64,000 nucleotides of DNA from Gammaproteobacteria bacterium. GTDB lineage: Bacteria > Pseudomonadota > Gammaproteobacteria > Natronospirales > JAJUFS01. Every line of letters begins with the position of its first letter. Within the stretch, counting starts at the first letter, position 1. Shown piece after piece: positions 37,862 through 47,466 of this stretch. Where the stretch lies: assembly GCA_036381715.1 (NCBI GenBank), contig DASVCH010000122.1:4-64003 (forward strand), written 5' to 3'. The notes under the pieces are model-generated. The model was not told where the DNA came from and did not search any database. It was given only the letters and a program-made list of their open reading frames with translations. The translations under genes and the position numbers were made by a program.

Positions 37862-38446
37862 TCAGGGCAGGGCGATTCCGGCGTCGCGCAACAGTCCCGC
37901 GAGCGCGATCAGCGGCAGGCCCATCAGGGCGCTGGGATCGCGATTCTCGATGCGCTCGAACAGCGTGATGCCGAGCCCCTCCGACTTGAAGCTGCCGGCG
38001 CAGTCCAGCGGCTGCTCGCGTTCCACGTAGCGCCGGATTTCGTCGGCGTCCAGGGCGCGGAACTTCACCACGGTTTCATCCAGCGCCTCGCGGATCTTCC
38101 CCGTTGCGGCGTCCTGCACGCAGACGGCGGTGAGGAAGCGCACGGTGTGCCCGCTCGCCGCCTGCAACTGCGAAATCGCACGGTCGTAGCTGCCCGGCTT
38201 GCCCAGTACCGCACCCGCCAGCACCGCGCACTGGTCCGAGCCGATGACCAGGCCCGCGCCATGACGGTCTGCCACTGCGGCGGCCTTTTCCCGCGCCAGC
38301 CGCGCCACCATCTCGGCAGGAGATTCGCCGGCCCGGCGCCCTTCGTTCGTGCCGGGTGCTGCGACCTCGAATGGCACGCCGAGGCGCTGCAACAGTTCGC
38401 GGCGATAGGGCGAGGTGGAGGCGAGAATGAGCGTGGTTTCGGTCAC
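37862..38446 (-). CDS. maf: Maf-family nucleoside triphosphate pyrophosphatase
   Basis: LILASTSPYRRELLQRLGVPFEV...GSDQ...GAYGIQ-like region, about 194 aa. Confidence 0.88.
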   Translation of the reverse strand: MTETTLILASTSPYRRELLQRLGVPFEVAAPGTNEGRRAGESPAEMVARLAREKAAAVADRHGAGLVIGSDQCAVLAGAVLGKPGSYDRAISQLQAASGHTVRFLTAVCVQDAATGKIREALDETVVKFRALDADEIRRYVEREQPLDCAGSFKSEGLGITLFERIENRDPSALMGLPLIALAGLLRDAGIALP

Positions 38447-38612
38447 GGTGATACCTGCGATGCAAGATGGCGGACGCCATTGTAACGGCTGGCCGGATGG
38501 CGGTGCGGCATTCCGTTGCCGATGGAGTCAAGCAAAAACAACAGCTTGGCTGCGGTTTTTACCAAGAAACGCTTTGACACTGAAACTCGCGGCCAAGTAA
38601 AATTCCGCGCTT

Positions 38613-39158
38613 ATGTCGGCCAGCCTGCCCAAACGATTCGATCCCGAGCGGCTTGCCGCGCAGGGCAAGGTGCTGGCGGGCACGCTGGACGCGAACGCCA
38701 TGCCACGCTTGCGCGAAATGCTGGCCACGCGTGAACCCATGCCGGTGGACGTGGAATTGCGTGCGCATCGCGATGACGCGAAGCGCCTGCTGCTGACCGG
38801 ACGGGCCAGCGCGACCCTGGAAGTGACCTGCCAGCGGTGCATGGAATCCGTTCCGCTTCCGGTTGACGCGCGCTTTGCGCTGGCGCTCGCGGCGGATGAA
38901 GAAGCGGCGCGAAACCTGCCGGCGGAACTCGATCCGCTGCTGCTGGATGCCGGCGACGAGGTTGACCTGCCGGCGCTGGTCGAGGACGAACTGATTCTTG
39001 CGTTGCCGCCGGCGCCCGTGCACGCCGACGTCGCGGAGTGCGGCGAACGCGCGCGGCATGCGCTTGATGCCGGCAACGATGACGATGAACATGACGGCGG
39101 CGTGCAAAGGGAAAACCCTTTCGCGGTGCTGAAGCAACTGAAAAACGGAAAAGACTGA
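38613..39158 (+). CDS. yceD: DUF177 protein YceD (large-subunit rRNA accumulation)
   Basis: [13 protein letters not shown] and an acidic C-terminus. Immediately upstream of rpmF-plsX-fabH. Confidence 0.85.
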   Translation: MSASLPKRFDPERLAAQGKVLAGTLDANAMPRLREMLATREPMPVDVELRAHRDDAKRLLLTGRASATLEVTCQRCMESVPLPVDARFALALAADEEAARNLPAELDPLLLDAGDEVDLPALVEDELILALPPAPVHADVAECGERARHALDAGNDDDEHDGGVQRENPFAVLKQLKNGKD

Positions 39159-39168
39159 GGTAATCACG

Positions 39169-39360
39169 ATGGCTGTTCAGAAAAGTCGCAAGAGCCCTTC
39201 CCGCCGCGGCATGCGCCGCGCGCACGACGCGCTCAAGGGCCCGACCGTTTCGCGCGATCCGGTGACGGGCGAGGCGCACCTGCGTCACCACGTCGGCCCG
39301 GACGGCTACTATCGCGGCCGCAAGGTGATCGCGACGAAAGTCGTCGAAGACGAAGAATAA
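39169..39360 (+). CDS. rpmF: 50S ribosomal protein L32
   Basis: [22 protein letters not shown]. Confidence 0.97.
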   Translation: MAVQKSRKSPSRRGMRRAHDALKGPTVSRDPVTGEAHLRHHVGPDGYYRGRKVIATKVVEDEE

Positions 39361-39429
39361 GAATCACAGTGACGTTCATCTGCGCGCGCCCCGGCGCGCG
39401 CCGTGATCCTGGCGGGGGTTGACCGGAAC

Positions 39430-40467
39430 ATGGCGAAACCCATCACCATCTCACTCGATGCAATGGGCGGGGACCACGGGCCGCAATCCGTGGTCCCCGC
39501 TGCCATTGAGATGGTCGAAAAACATGCGCACCTGACGCTGATTCTCGTCGGGCGCGAGGAAGTGCTCGGTACCTGGCTGCGCGACGTTCCCGAACGCCTG
39601 CGCGAACGCCTGCCCGTGCATCACGCATCGGAAGTGGTCGAGATGCACGAGCCGCCGTCGCAGGCGCTGCGCGGCAAGAAGGACTCATCGATGCGCGTCG
39701 CGATCAATCTCGTCAAGGACGGCGAGGCGCAGGCCTGCGTCAGCGCGGGCAACACCGGCGCACTGATGGCGACGGGCCGTTTCGTGCTGAAGACGCTGCC
39801 CGGCATCGATCGCCCGGCGATCATTTCCGCCATTCCGGCGCGCAACGGGCACACGCACATGCTCGATCTCGGCGCGAATTCCGATTGCACGCCCGAGCAT
39901 CTCTACCAGTTCGCCGTCATGGGATCCGTGGTGGCGCAGGCGATCTACAGCATCCCGCGTCCCACGGTCGGATTGCTGAACATCGGCGAGGAAGAGATCA
40001 AGGGCAACGAGATCGTCAAGAAGGCGGCGCAACTGCTCAACCAGAGCAGTCTCAACTACATCGGCTTTGTCGAGGGCACGGACATCTGCAACGGCCGTGT
40101 CGACGTGGTCGTCACCGACGGGTTCGTCGGCAATGTCACCCTGAAGGCGATGGAAGGCCTGTCGAAAATGATCGGCAGCTACGTCAGCGAAGGCTTCAAC
40201 CGGAACCTGCTGACGAAGGCGATGGGCGTTTGCGCGCTGCCGGTGCTGCGCGCGCTGAAACGGCGCATGGATCCGCGTACGTACAATGGCGCAAGCCTCG
40301 TCGGGCTCAAGGGCATATTGATCAAGTCGCACGGCAGCGCCGATTCGCACTCCTTTGCGAACGCCATTCGCATTGCGATGGTCGAAGTCGAGAAACAGGT
40401 TCCCACGCGCATCGGCGCATTGCTGGAAGATCACGTGGGCGTCAAAGAAGAACAGCAGGCGGTCTGA
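39430..40467 (+). CDS. plsX: phosphate acyltransferase
   Basis: [14 protein letters not shown]...[11 protein letters not shown] motifs. ORF 39403 trimmed to ATG 39430. Confidence 0.93.
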   Translation: MAKPITISLDAMGGDHGPQSVVPAAIEMVEKHAHLTLILVGREEVLGTWLRDVPERLRERLPVHHASEVVEMHEPPSQALRGKKDSSMRVAINLVKDGEAQACVSAGNTGALMATGRFVLKTLPGIDRPAIISAIPARNGHTHMLDLGANSDCTPEHLYQFAVMGSVVAQAIYSIPRPTVGLLNIGEEEIKGNEIVKKAAQLLNQSSLNYIGFVEGTDICNGRVDVVVTDGFVGNVTLKAMEGLSKMIGSYVSEGFNRNLLTKAMGVCALPVLRALKRRMDPRTYNGASLVGLKGILIKSHGSADSHSFANAIRIAMVEVEKQVPTRIGALLEDHVGVKEEQQAV

Positions 40468-41432
40468 TGTATTCGAGAATTGCAGGTACGGGACGTTTTC
40501 TTCCGGAGAAGGTGCTCACCAACCGCGATCTGGAAAAGATGGTGGAAACGAGCGACGAATGGATTCGCGATCGCAGCGGCATCCGCGAGCGGCACATCGC
40601 TTCCGACGGCGAGACCACGCTGGACCTGTGCGAGAAGGCCGCGATCAACGCGATGGAGATGGCCGGCGTCACCGCCGCCGATCTCGACATGATCATCGTC
40701 GGCACCACCACGCCCGACCTCGTGTTCCCGAACATGGGCGTGCTGCTGCAGGACCGTCTTGGCGCGCACGGCTGCATGGCCATGGGCATCGAAGCGGCTT
40801 GCACGGGTTTCATCTACGCGCTCGGCATTGCCGACAAGTTCATCAGGACGGGCTCGGTAAAGCGCGCGCTGGTCGTCGGCGCGGAAACGCTCTCGCGCAT
40901 CATCGACTGGAGCGACCGCACGACCTGCGTGCTGTTCGGCGACGGCGCCGGCGCCGTGGTGCTGGAGGCTTCGGACGAAGCCGGCGTGATTTCCACGCAC
41001 CTGCATGCCGACGGCAAGTACAAGGACCTTCTTTATTTTCCGTCCGGCGTTTCGCGCGGCTTCAACGACCTGAAATCCGGCAAGGATTTCGTGCAGATGA
41101 AAGGCAACGAAGTCTTCAAGGTGGCCGTCACGACGCTCGGGCGCATCGTCGAGGAGACGCTGGAAGCGAACAACATCACGCCGGACGAGATCGACTGGCT
41201 GATTCCGCACCAGGCGAACATTCGCATCATCGAGGGCACCGCGCGCAAGCTGAAGATGCCGATGGAGCGCGTGGTCGTCACCATCGCCGAACACGGCAAC
41301 ACCTCCGCCGCGTCCGTGCCGATGGCGCTGGACGTTGCCGTGCGCGACGGCCGCGTCAAGCGCGGTCAGACGATTCTGCTGGAAGCGTTCGGCGGGGGTT
41401 TTACGTGGGGTTCCGCGCTGATCAAGTTCTGA
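40467..41432 (+). CDS. fabH: 3-oxoacyl-ACP synthase III
   Basis: [23 protein letters not shown], active-site AACTGF (Cys), HQAN (His), GNTSAAS (Asn). ATGA-type overlap with the plsX stop. Hidden inside ORF 39885..41432. Confidence 0.93.
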   Translation: MYSRIAGTGRFLPEKVLTNRDLEKMVETSDEWIRDRSGIRERHIASDGETTLDLCEKAAINAMEMAGVTAADLDMIIVGTTTPDLVFPNMGVLLQDRLGAHGCMAMGIEAACTGFIYALGIADKFIRTGSVKRALVVGAETLSRIIDWSDRTTCVLFGDGAGAVVLEASDEAGVISTHLHADGKYKDLLYFPSGVSRGFNDLKSGKDFVQMKGNEVFKVAVTTLGRIVEETLEANNITPDEIDWLIPHQANIRIIEGTARKLKMPMERVVVTIAEHGNTSAASVPMALDVAVRDGRVKRGQTILLEAFGGGFTWGSALIKF

Positions 41433-41506
41433 GTCGAAAGTCGAAAGTCGAAAAAAAGCCGGCATCGCCGGCTTTTTTTCGACCTTCGACCTTCGACCTT
41501 CGACTT
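41433..41506. terminator. Bidirectional terminator embedded in inverted heptamer arrays (second locus)
   Basis: (GTCGAAA)x3, then AAAA-GCCGGC-ATC-GCCGGC-TTTTTTT, then (TCGACCT)x3 and TCGACTT. It fills the whole fabH/gspF convergent gap. Confidence 0.88.
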
Positions 41507-41507
41507 C

Positions 41508-42731
41508 TTATTGCCCCACGAGCTGATTCAACTCGAAGATCGGCAGCAGGATCGCCAGCACGATCAGCAGCACCATCATGCCCATGAAAAGAATCAGCGC
41601 CGGTTCGAGCAGGCCGAGGAAGGTCGCGAGCACGGTTTCCATTTCGCGTTCCTGCGCGTCGGCGGCGCGTTCCAGCATGGTTTCGAGCTGGCCGCTGGAC
41701 TCGCCGCTGGCGATCAGGTGTACGGTCATCGGCGGAAACAGTTTTCTCGCTTCGAGTGCGCGCGCGATGCCTGAGCCTTCGCGGATCCTGAGCGTGGCTT
41801 CATCGACGGCTTCGCGCATCGGTATGTTGTTCACCACTTCCCCCGCGATCCGCAGCGCCTCGAGTACGGGCACACCGCTGCCGGCGAGAATGGCCAGCGT
41901 GCGCGCAAACCTCGCGGTGTTCATGCCGCGCGTCACGCGGCCGACCATGGGCAGCCGCAACAGCAGGGCATGGTAGCGGCGCTTCGGATCCGGGCGCTGC
42001 AACCAGCGGTACAGGAAAAAGCCGATCGCGGTGATTCCGCCCAGCAGCCAGAACCAGTTGGCCGTCAGGAAATCGCTTGAAGCGATCAATATGCGCGTCA
42101 ACAGCGGCAGTTCCGCGCCGATGTTGTCGAAAACGCCGACGACTTTCGGCACCACGTAGGTCAGCATGGCGGTGATGATGACGAACGACATGAAGACCAG
42201 GATGATCGGATAGATCATCGCGACCGAAAGTTTCTGCTGCAGCGCCTGGCGTTTCTCGGCGTATTCGGCGAGCCGCTCAAGCACGGCGTCGAGATGGCCG
42301 GTCTGCTCGCCGGCCGCGACAGTGGCGCGAAAGATTTCCGGGAACACGTTCGGAAATTCGCCGAGGCCGTAGGCGAGCGTGTGGCCTTCCATCACGCGGG
42401 CGCGGATGGCGAGGATGATGTTCCGGATGCGCGGCTTTTCCGTCTGCTGCGCGACGGCCTGCAGGGCTTCGTCAAGCGGCAGGGCGGAACGTACCAGCGT
42501 GGCGATCTGGCGGGTCAGCAAGGCGAGGTCGGAAGCGCTGATGCTGCGTCCGAGGCCGAAGCTCAGGCGCGAACGCCTGCCGCGCTCCTGTTCCGCGGCG
42601 GTGGTGACTTCGAGCGGCGTCAACCCCTGGTCACGCAGCATCTGGCGCACGTTGCGCGGCGTGTCGCCTTCGAGGATGCCCTTGCGTTCGCGGCCGCGCG
42701 CGTCCAGCGCCTTGTATTCGAACGCGCCCAT
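41508..42731 (-). CDS. gspF: type II secretion system inner-membrane platform protein F
   Basis: MGAFEYKALDARGRERKGILEGD and two GspF repeats, 3 TM helices. Confidence 0.93.
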   Translation of the reverse strand: MGAFEYKALDARGRERKGILEGDTPRNVRQMLRDQGLTPLEVTTAAEQERGRRSRLSFGLGRSISASDLALLTRQIATLVRSALPLDEALQAVAQQTEKPRIRNIILAIRARVMEGHTLAYGLGEFPNVFPEIFRATVAAGEQTGHLDAVLERLAEYAEKRQALQQKLSVAMIYPIILVFMSFVIITAMLTYVVPKVVGVFDNIGAELPLLTRILIASSDFLTANWFWLLGGITAIGFFLYRWLQRPDPKRRYHALLLRLPMVGRVTRGMNTARFARTLAILAGSGVPVLEALRIAGEVVNNIPMREAVDEATLRIREGSGIARALEARKLFPPMTVHLIASGESSGQLETMLERAADAQEREMETVLATFLGLLEPALILFMGMMVLLIVLAILLPIFELNQLVGQ

Positions 42732-44242
42732 CAGTCTTCCCGCGTGACGCGCAGCACTTCTTCCAGCGTGGTCTGGCCGGCCAGCACGCGGCGAACGCCG
42801 TCATGCCGCAGGCTCGGACGCGTCTTGCGTGCGTGCTTTTCCATTTTCGATTCACCCGCGCCGTCGTGAATCATGTTGCGCAGGGTTTCATCGATCGGAA
42901 TCAGTTCGTAAATGCCGGTGCGGCCCTGGTAACCCGTGGCGTTGCACGCCTCGCAGCCTTTTGCGTGGTAGAGCGTGACATTCTCGTCCGCGCCCACGTC
43001 CATCAGCTGCCGTTCGCGCTCGCTGGGTTCGTAAGGCGCCTTGCAGGCGGGGCACAGCAGGCGCACGAGACGCTGCGCGAGCACGCCGACCAGCGAGGAC
43101 GACAGCAGGAACGGTTCCACACCCATGTCGCGCAGGCGCGTGACCGCGCCGACGGCGGTGTTGGTGTGCAGCGTGGACATGACCATGTGGCCGGTGAGCG
43201 ACGCCTGCACGGCGATCTCGGCGGTTTCGAGATCGCGGATTTCGCCGACCATCACGACGTCCGGATCCTGCCGCAGGATGGCGCGCAGGCCGCGCGCGAA
43301 AGTCATGTCGACTTTCGTGTTGACCTGCATCTGGCCGATGCCTTCGAGGTCGTATTCGATCGGATCCTCGACTGTGAGGATGTTGCGGCTCTGGTCGTTG
43401 ATGTCCGACAGCGCGGCGTACAGCGTCGTGGTCTTGCCGGAGCCGGTCGGGCCGGTGACAAGAAGAATGCCGTGCGGCTTGCGGATCAACTCGTGCATGA
43501 CTTCCTTGGTCACCGGATCCATGCCGAGATGGTCGAGGTCGAGGCGGCCGGCCTGCTTGTCGAGCAGGCGCATGACGACGCGTTCGCCGTGACCGGCGGG
43601 AATGGTGGATACGCGCACGTCGACGGCCCGGCCGGCGATTCGCAGCGAAATGCGGCCGTCCTGCGGCAGGCGTTTTTCCGCGATGTCGAGCTTCGACATC
43701 ACCTTGATGCGCGAAACCACCAGCGGCGCGACCGCGCGCCGGCTCTGCAGCACTTCGCGCAGTACGCCGTCCACGCGGAAGCGCACGACCAGGCGGTTCT
43801 CGAACGGTTCGATGTGTATGTCCGAGGCGTTTTCCTTCACCGCCTGCGTCAACAAGGCGTTGATGAGGCGAATGATCGGCGCGTCATTGTCGGAATCGAG
43901 CAGGTCTTCCGGCTGCGGCAGGGCGTCGGCGACCTGGTTGAGGTCCATGTCCTCTTCCAGGCCTTCCATCATCTGCATCGCGCCGTCGGACTGGCTGTGG
44001 TAGGTGGCCTGCAACGCCGCGTCGAAAACGTCCGCGCTGGTTTCACGCAGTGGAATGTTGCGGTCAAGATAGCGGCGCGCCTCGAGAATGCCCGTCAGCG
44101 CGGCGCCGGGGCGCACCAGCAGTTCCTCGCGGCCGTCAGTGACGACGGCGAGCACGCCGAATCGCTTCGCGAAGCCGAAGGGCAGCCGGACGGCGCGTTC
44201 GGCGCGGTCCGCTTCATCGGGAAATGGATTTTCAGTCGCCAT
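42731..44242 (-). CDS. gspE: type II secretion system ATPase E
   Basis: LPFGFAKRFGV N-terminus, Walker A GPTGSGKTTTLY, Asp/His boxes, tetracysteine CPACK...CEAC. Trimmed to ATG 44242. Confidence 0.95.
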   Translation of the reverse strand: MATENPFPDEADRAERAVRLPFGFAKRFGVLAVVTDGREELLVRPGAALTGILEARRYLDRNIPLRETSADVFDAALQATYHSQSDGAMQMMEGLEEDMDLNQVADALPQPEDLLDSDNDAPIIRLINALLTQAVKENASDIHIEPFENRLVVRFRVDGVLREVLQSRRAVAPLVVSRIKVMSKLDIAEKRLPQDGRISLRIAGRAVDVRVSTIPAGHGERVVMRLLDKQAGRLDLDHLGMDPVTKEVMHELIRKPHGILLVTGPTGSGKTTTLYAALSDINDQSRNILTVEDPIEYDLEGIGQMQVNTKVDMTFARGLRAILRQDPDVVMVGEIRDLETAEIAVQASLTGHMVMSTLHTNTAVGAVTRLRDMGVEPFLLSSSLVGVLAQRLVRLLCPACKAPYEPSERERQLMDVGADENVTLYHAKGCEACNATGYQGRTGIYELIPIDETLRNMIHDGAGESKMEKHARKTRPSLRHDGVRRVLAGQTTLEEVLRVTRED

Positions 44243-46340
44243 TGTCTTCGGCCGGAACGTCCGTTTGCGGTTCACCCCGTGATTCGGATGAGGAATGTCC
44301 GTCGTCAGCGTCCGCCGGCATGGTCACCGCATCGGCCGCGTCGGGGTCGGGCAGGGCGGGTTGGCGCTCGAACGGCATGAGATTCACGCCGCCGTCGCGC
44401 TCGCCTTCCTGGAGATTGCGGATGTAGCGGTATTTCTCGCCGGTGAAGTACGCCGAGTCTTCGGGCGTGCGCAGGATGGACGGCTTGATGAAAACCATCA
44501 GGTTGCGCTTGTCCTTGCTCGACGTTTCGTAGCGGAACAGATGGCCGAGAATCGGAATGCTGCCGAGCAGCGGCACGCGCTGTTCGGATTCGGTGACGCG
44601 CTCGTCGATCAGGCCGCCGAGGACGATGATCTCGCCGCTTTCGGCGATCACGCTGGTGGTGATGCTGCGCGTGTCGGTGACAAGGTCGACCGCGCCCTGC
44701 GAGCTGCCGCTGAGGCTCGACACCTCCTGCGCGATGTCGAGCACGATGGTGTTGGAGTCGCTGATCTGCGGCGTGATCGTCAGGCTCAGGCCCACTTCCT
44801 TGCGCTGAATGGTCTGGAAGGGATTGATGTTGCCCTGGGCGGCGCCGGTGTTCGTGAAAGAGCCGGTCAGGAACGGCACTTCCTGGCCGACGGTGATTTC
44901 GGCTTCCTCGTTGTCCATGGTCGTCAATGACGGCGTGGAAAGGATGTTGGTCGAGGAGCTGCCGGCCAACGCGCGGAGCAGCCCGACAAAACTCACGTCG
45001 CCGTCGCTGATGCGCCCGAAGCCCAGCGAAAGCCCCGACGCGCTGGCAAGCAGGTTGCCGATGGCCTGCGCCGCCGTCTCGCCGCCGGCGGCGGCAGCCG
45101 CGCCCACCTGGCCGATGCCTGCGCCGCTGGTGGGGAAATTCGTCAGGCCGACCGGTCCCTCGCCGCTTTCATCCGCCACGGCCCAGGTCACGCCAAGCTC
45201 GGCGCTGTTGTCCGCGGACAGTTCCGCGATGATGGCTTCGACGTGCACCTGCGCACGGCGGATATCGAGCTTGGCGATGATGTTCTCCAGCGTGCGCATG
45301 ACTTTCGGCGGCGCCGTGACCACCAGGGCGTTCGTGTCCGGTTCGGGCAGAATGATGACGTCCGCATAGCCGCCGCCGACGGCCGCGGCGGTTTTTTCGC
45401 CGCCACCGTTGGCGGAGGCCGCGCTTTCGGTCACATGTCCCGAAAGAATGGTCGCAAGACTTTCGGCGTCCGCGTAGCGCAGGTAGATGACCTGCGTGTT
45501 GCCGCCGGATTCCAGCGGCGTGTCGAGGTGCGCGATCAGCGCGCGCAGGCGAAGGCGCGACGCCTTGTCGCCGCTGACGAGAATGCTGTTGGTACGGTCG
45601 TCGGCGACCAGGACCGGCGGCTGGCGGCCGGCTTCGGCGCGGTTCTGCACGAGCGCCGACAGCACGCGCACGACTTCCGACGCCGACGCGTTCTCCAGCC
45701 GCACGACCTCGATTTCCTCGTCCGTGGTCTGGTCCATGCGGCGGATGATCTTGGTGATCCGTTCGACGTTCGCCGCGCGGTCGGAAATGATCAGCATGTT
45801 GCCGCCGGCATAGGCGGCGAGATGCGCGGTCTGCGGCACCAGCGGGCGCAGCAGCGGCACCAGCTGCACGGCTTCCACGTTGCGCACTTCGATGATGCGC
45901 GTGACGACGTCGTCGGCAGGCGCCTCCGCGACCGCTTCCACCGGATCGGCGCTGGCGATCTCGCGCGCGTTCACGGCGGGGATGATCTTGATGATGTTCT
46001 CGCCGGCCGGCACGGCGGCGAAGTTGTGCACCTGGAGCACGGACAGGAAGGTTTCGTACACGGCGTCGATCGGGATGGGCTGCGCCGAGACGATCGTGAC
46101 GCGTCCCTTGACGCGCGGATCGAGAATGAAGCTCTTGCCGGTGACCTCGCCGACGGCGCGCGCGACATCGCGAATTTCCATGTCTTCGAAATTCAGCGTC
46201 ATCACTGTCGGCTCGCTCGCGCTGCCGGCGGGCGGTGCATCCTGCGCAGGGGCCGCGGGCGCGAATGCCGCGGCCGCCATCGCGACTGCCAGCGCCACGC
46301 TCCGCATTCCAGACTTCCGTAAATCGTTCAGCAAGCTCAT
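44232..46340 (-). CDS. gspD: type II secretion system secretin D
   Basis: Signal peptide, N0-N3 repeats, and a secretin domain ending in VPLLGSIPILGHLFRYE. Trimmed to ATG 46340. Confidence 0.95.
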   Translation of the reverse strand: MSLLNDLRKSGMRSVALAVAMAAAAFAPAAPAQDAPPAGSASEPTVMTLNFEDMEIRDVARAVGEVTGKSFILDPRVKGRVTIVSAQPIPIDAVYETFLSVLQVHNFAAVPAGENIIKIIPAVNAREIASADPVEAVAEAPADDVVTRIIEVRNVEAVQLVPLLRPLVPQTAHLAAYAGGNMLIISDRAANVERITKIIRRMDQTTDEEIEVVRLENASASEVVRVLSALVQNRAEAGRQPPVLVADDRTNSILVSGDKASRLRLRALIAHLDTPLESGGNTQVIYLRYADAESLATILSGHVTESAASANGGGEKTAAAVGGGYADVIILPEPDTNALVVTAPPKVMRTLENIIAKLDIRRAQVHVEAIIAELSADNSAELGVTWAVADESGEGPVGLTNFPTSGAGIGQVGAAAAAGGETAAQAIGNLLASASGLSLGFGRISDGDVSFVGLLRALAGSSSTNILSTPSLTTMDNEEAEITVGQEVPFLTGSFTNTGAAQGNINPFQTIQRKEVGLSLTITPQISDSNTIVLDIAQEVSSLSGSSQGAVDLVTDTRSITTSVIAESGEIIVLGGLIDERVTESEQRVPLLGSIPILGHLFRYETSSKDKRNLMVFIKPSILRTPEDSAYFTGEKYRYIRNLQEGERDGGVNLMPFERQPALPDPDAADAVTMPADADDGHSSSESRGEPQTDVPAEDNGD

Positions 46341-46371
46341 TGTTATCGTGCTTCCAGTGTTTGCGCTGCGT

Positions 46372-47259
46372 TCATTGCGAAGGAGAAAGAGGTATGTTCT
46401 GCGTGCTGCCGTCACGCTCGACGGTCAGCACCACGTTCGACTGGTCGGTCATGTTGTTCAGCATTTCCATCGCGCGGCCGGGATCGGAAAGCGGCGTGCC
46501 ATTGATCGCCGTGACGATGTCGCCCGGCTGCAACCCGAGTTGCGCGAAGCTTGCCCGGTCGCGGCCCGGATAGACGCGGTAGCCGCGGATCGTTCCGCCT
46601 TCCAGCACCGGGCTGTAGCGTAACAGTTCCGCGAGCCGCGTCGGGTCGTCCATGATCTCCTCGCGCATTTGCGCGATGCCGGAGTCCGGTTCCCGTTCCG
46701 CCTCCGCGGGCTCCATCCCGGTCTCGGCGTAGCTGATGCTGCCATCGACCCCTTCGCGGGGCAGGCGCAGGGTTTCCAGCCGGCCGGCGCGGCGCAGGAT
46801 CACGCGGTCAGCCAGCACGGCTTCCAGGGTCGCGCCACCGGGCACGGCGGCGCCGATGGAATACACCTTTTCATCGCTGCCACTGCTGATGACGGCGCGG
46901 CTCAGGGCGGGATCGTTCGACGCGAGCACCCCGCGCAACTTGAGGTTCAGGCGGGTTTCGGGCGCGTCCGCCGCCGCGGCGGCGATGGCGTTGTCCGCGG
47001 TTTCCGCCGTGCCGAAGAGGTGCATGGCGGCGATGGCCTGCATGGATTCCGGCGACGCGGCTTGCGGACTTGCGGCGGCGAGGGATTGTGCCGGCGGCAG
47101 CGAAGGCGGGGAGGCGACGGTCTCGACGGCCGTCCAGGTGAGTTGCGCGGCCTGCCAGGCGGCGGCCGCGAGCAGCAGGCCGCCCAGCAGCAGCGGTCCG
47201 CGGCGGCGCCCCTGCTGCCAGATTCTGCTGCCCGTTATCGCACTGACATCGAAGCGCAT
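46372..47259 (-). CDS. gspC: type II secretion system protein C (PDZ-containing)
   Basis: N-terminal TM helix (GPLLLGGLLLAAAAW), HR domain, C-terminal PDZ (GYRVYPGRDRASFAQLGLQPGDIVTAINGTPL). Trimmed to ATG 47259. Confidence 0.85.
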   Translation of the reverse strand: MRFDVSAITGSRIWQQGRRRGPLLLGGLLLAAAAWQAAQLTWTAVETVASPPSLPPAQSLAAASPQAASPESMQAIAAMHLFGTAETADNAIAAAAADAPETRLNLKLRGVLASNDPALSRAVISSGSDEKVYSIGAAVPGGATLEAVLADRVILRRAGRLETLRLPREGVDGSISYAETGMEPAEAEREPDSGIAQMREEIMDDPTRLAELLRYSPVLEGGTIRGYRVYPGRDRASFAQLGLQPGDIVTAINGTPLSDPGRAMEMLNNMTDQSNVVLTVERDGSTQNIPLSPSQ

Positions 47260-47466
47260 GGTTCCCCGGCGAATTCCTGTGTATCCCCCCCGGATACCTG
47301 AAGCGGCCACTTTGCCGCAGACGGGCATATCCTATTAATAAGTATCAACTGCGCCCGAAGCCTCACAGTTTACGGGTTTCAACTGTAACCGCTCAAGCGA
47401 GCCGGAAATCTACAGCATCCGCCCCATGCCGTCGATCGGCTACACTGCTTGTGCAGGCACGAAAAG

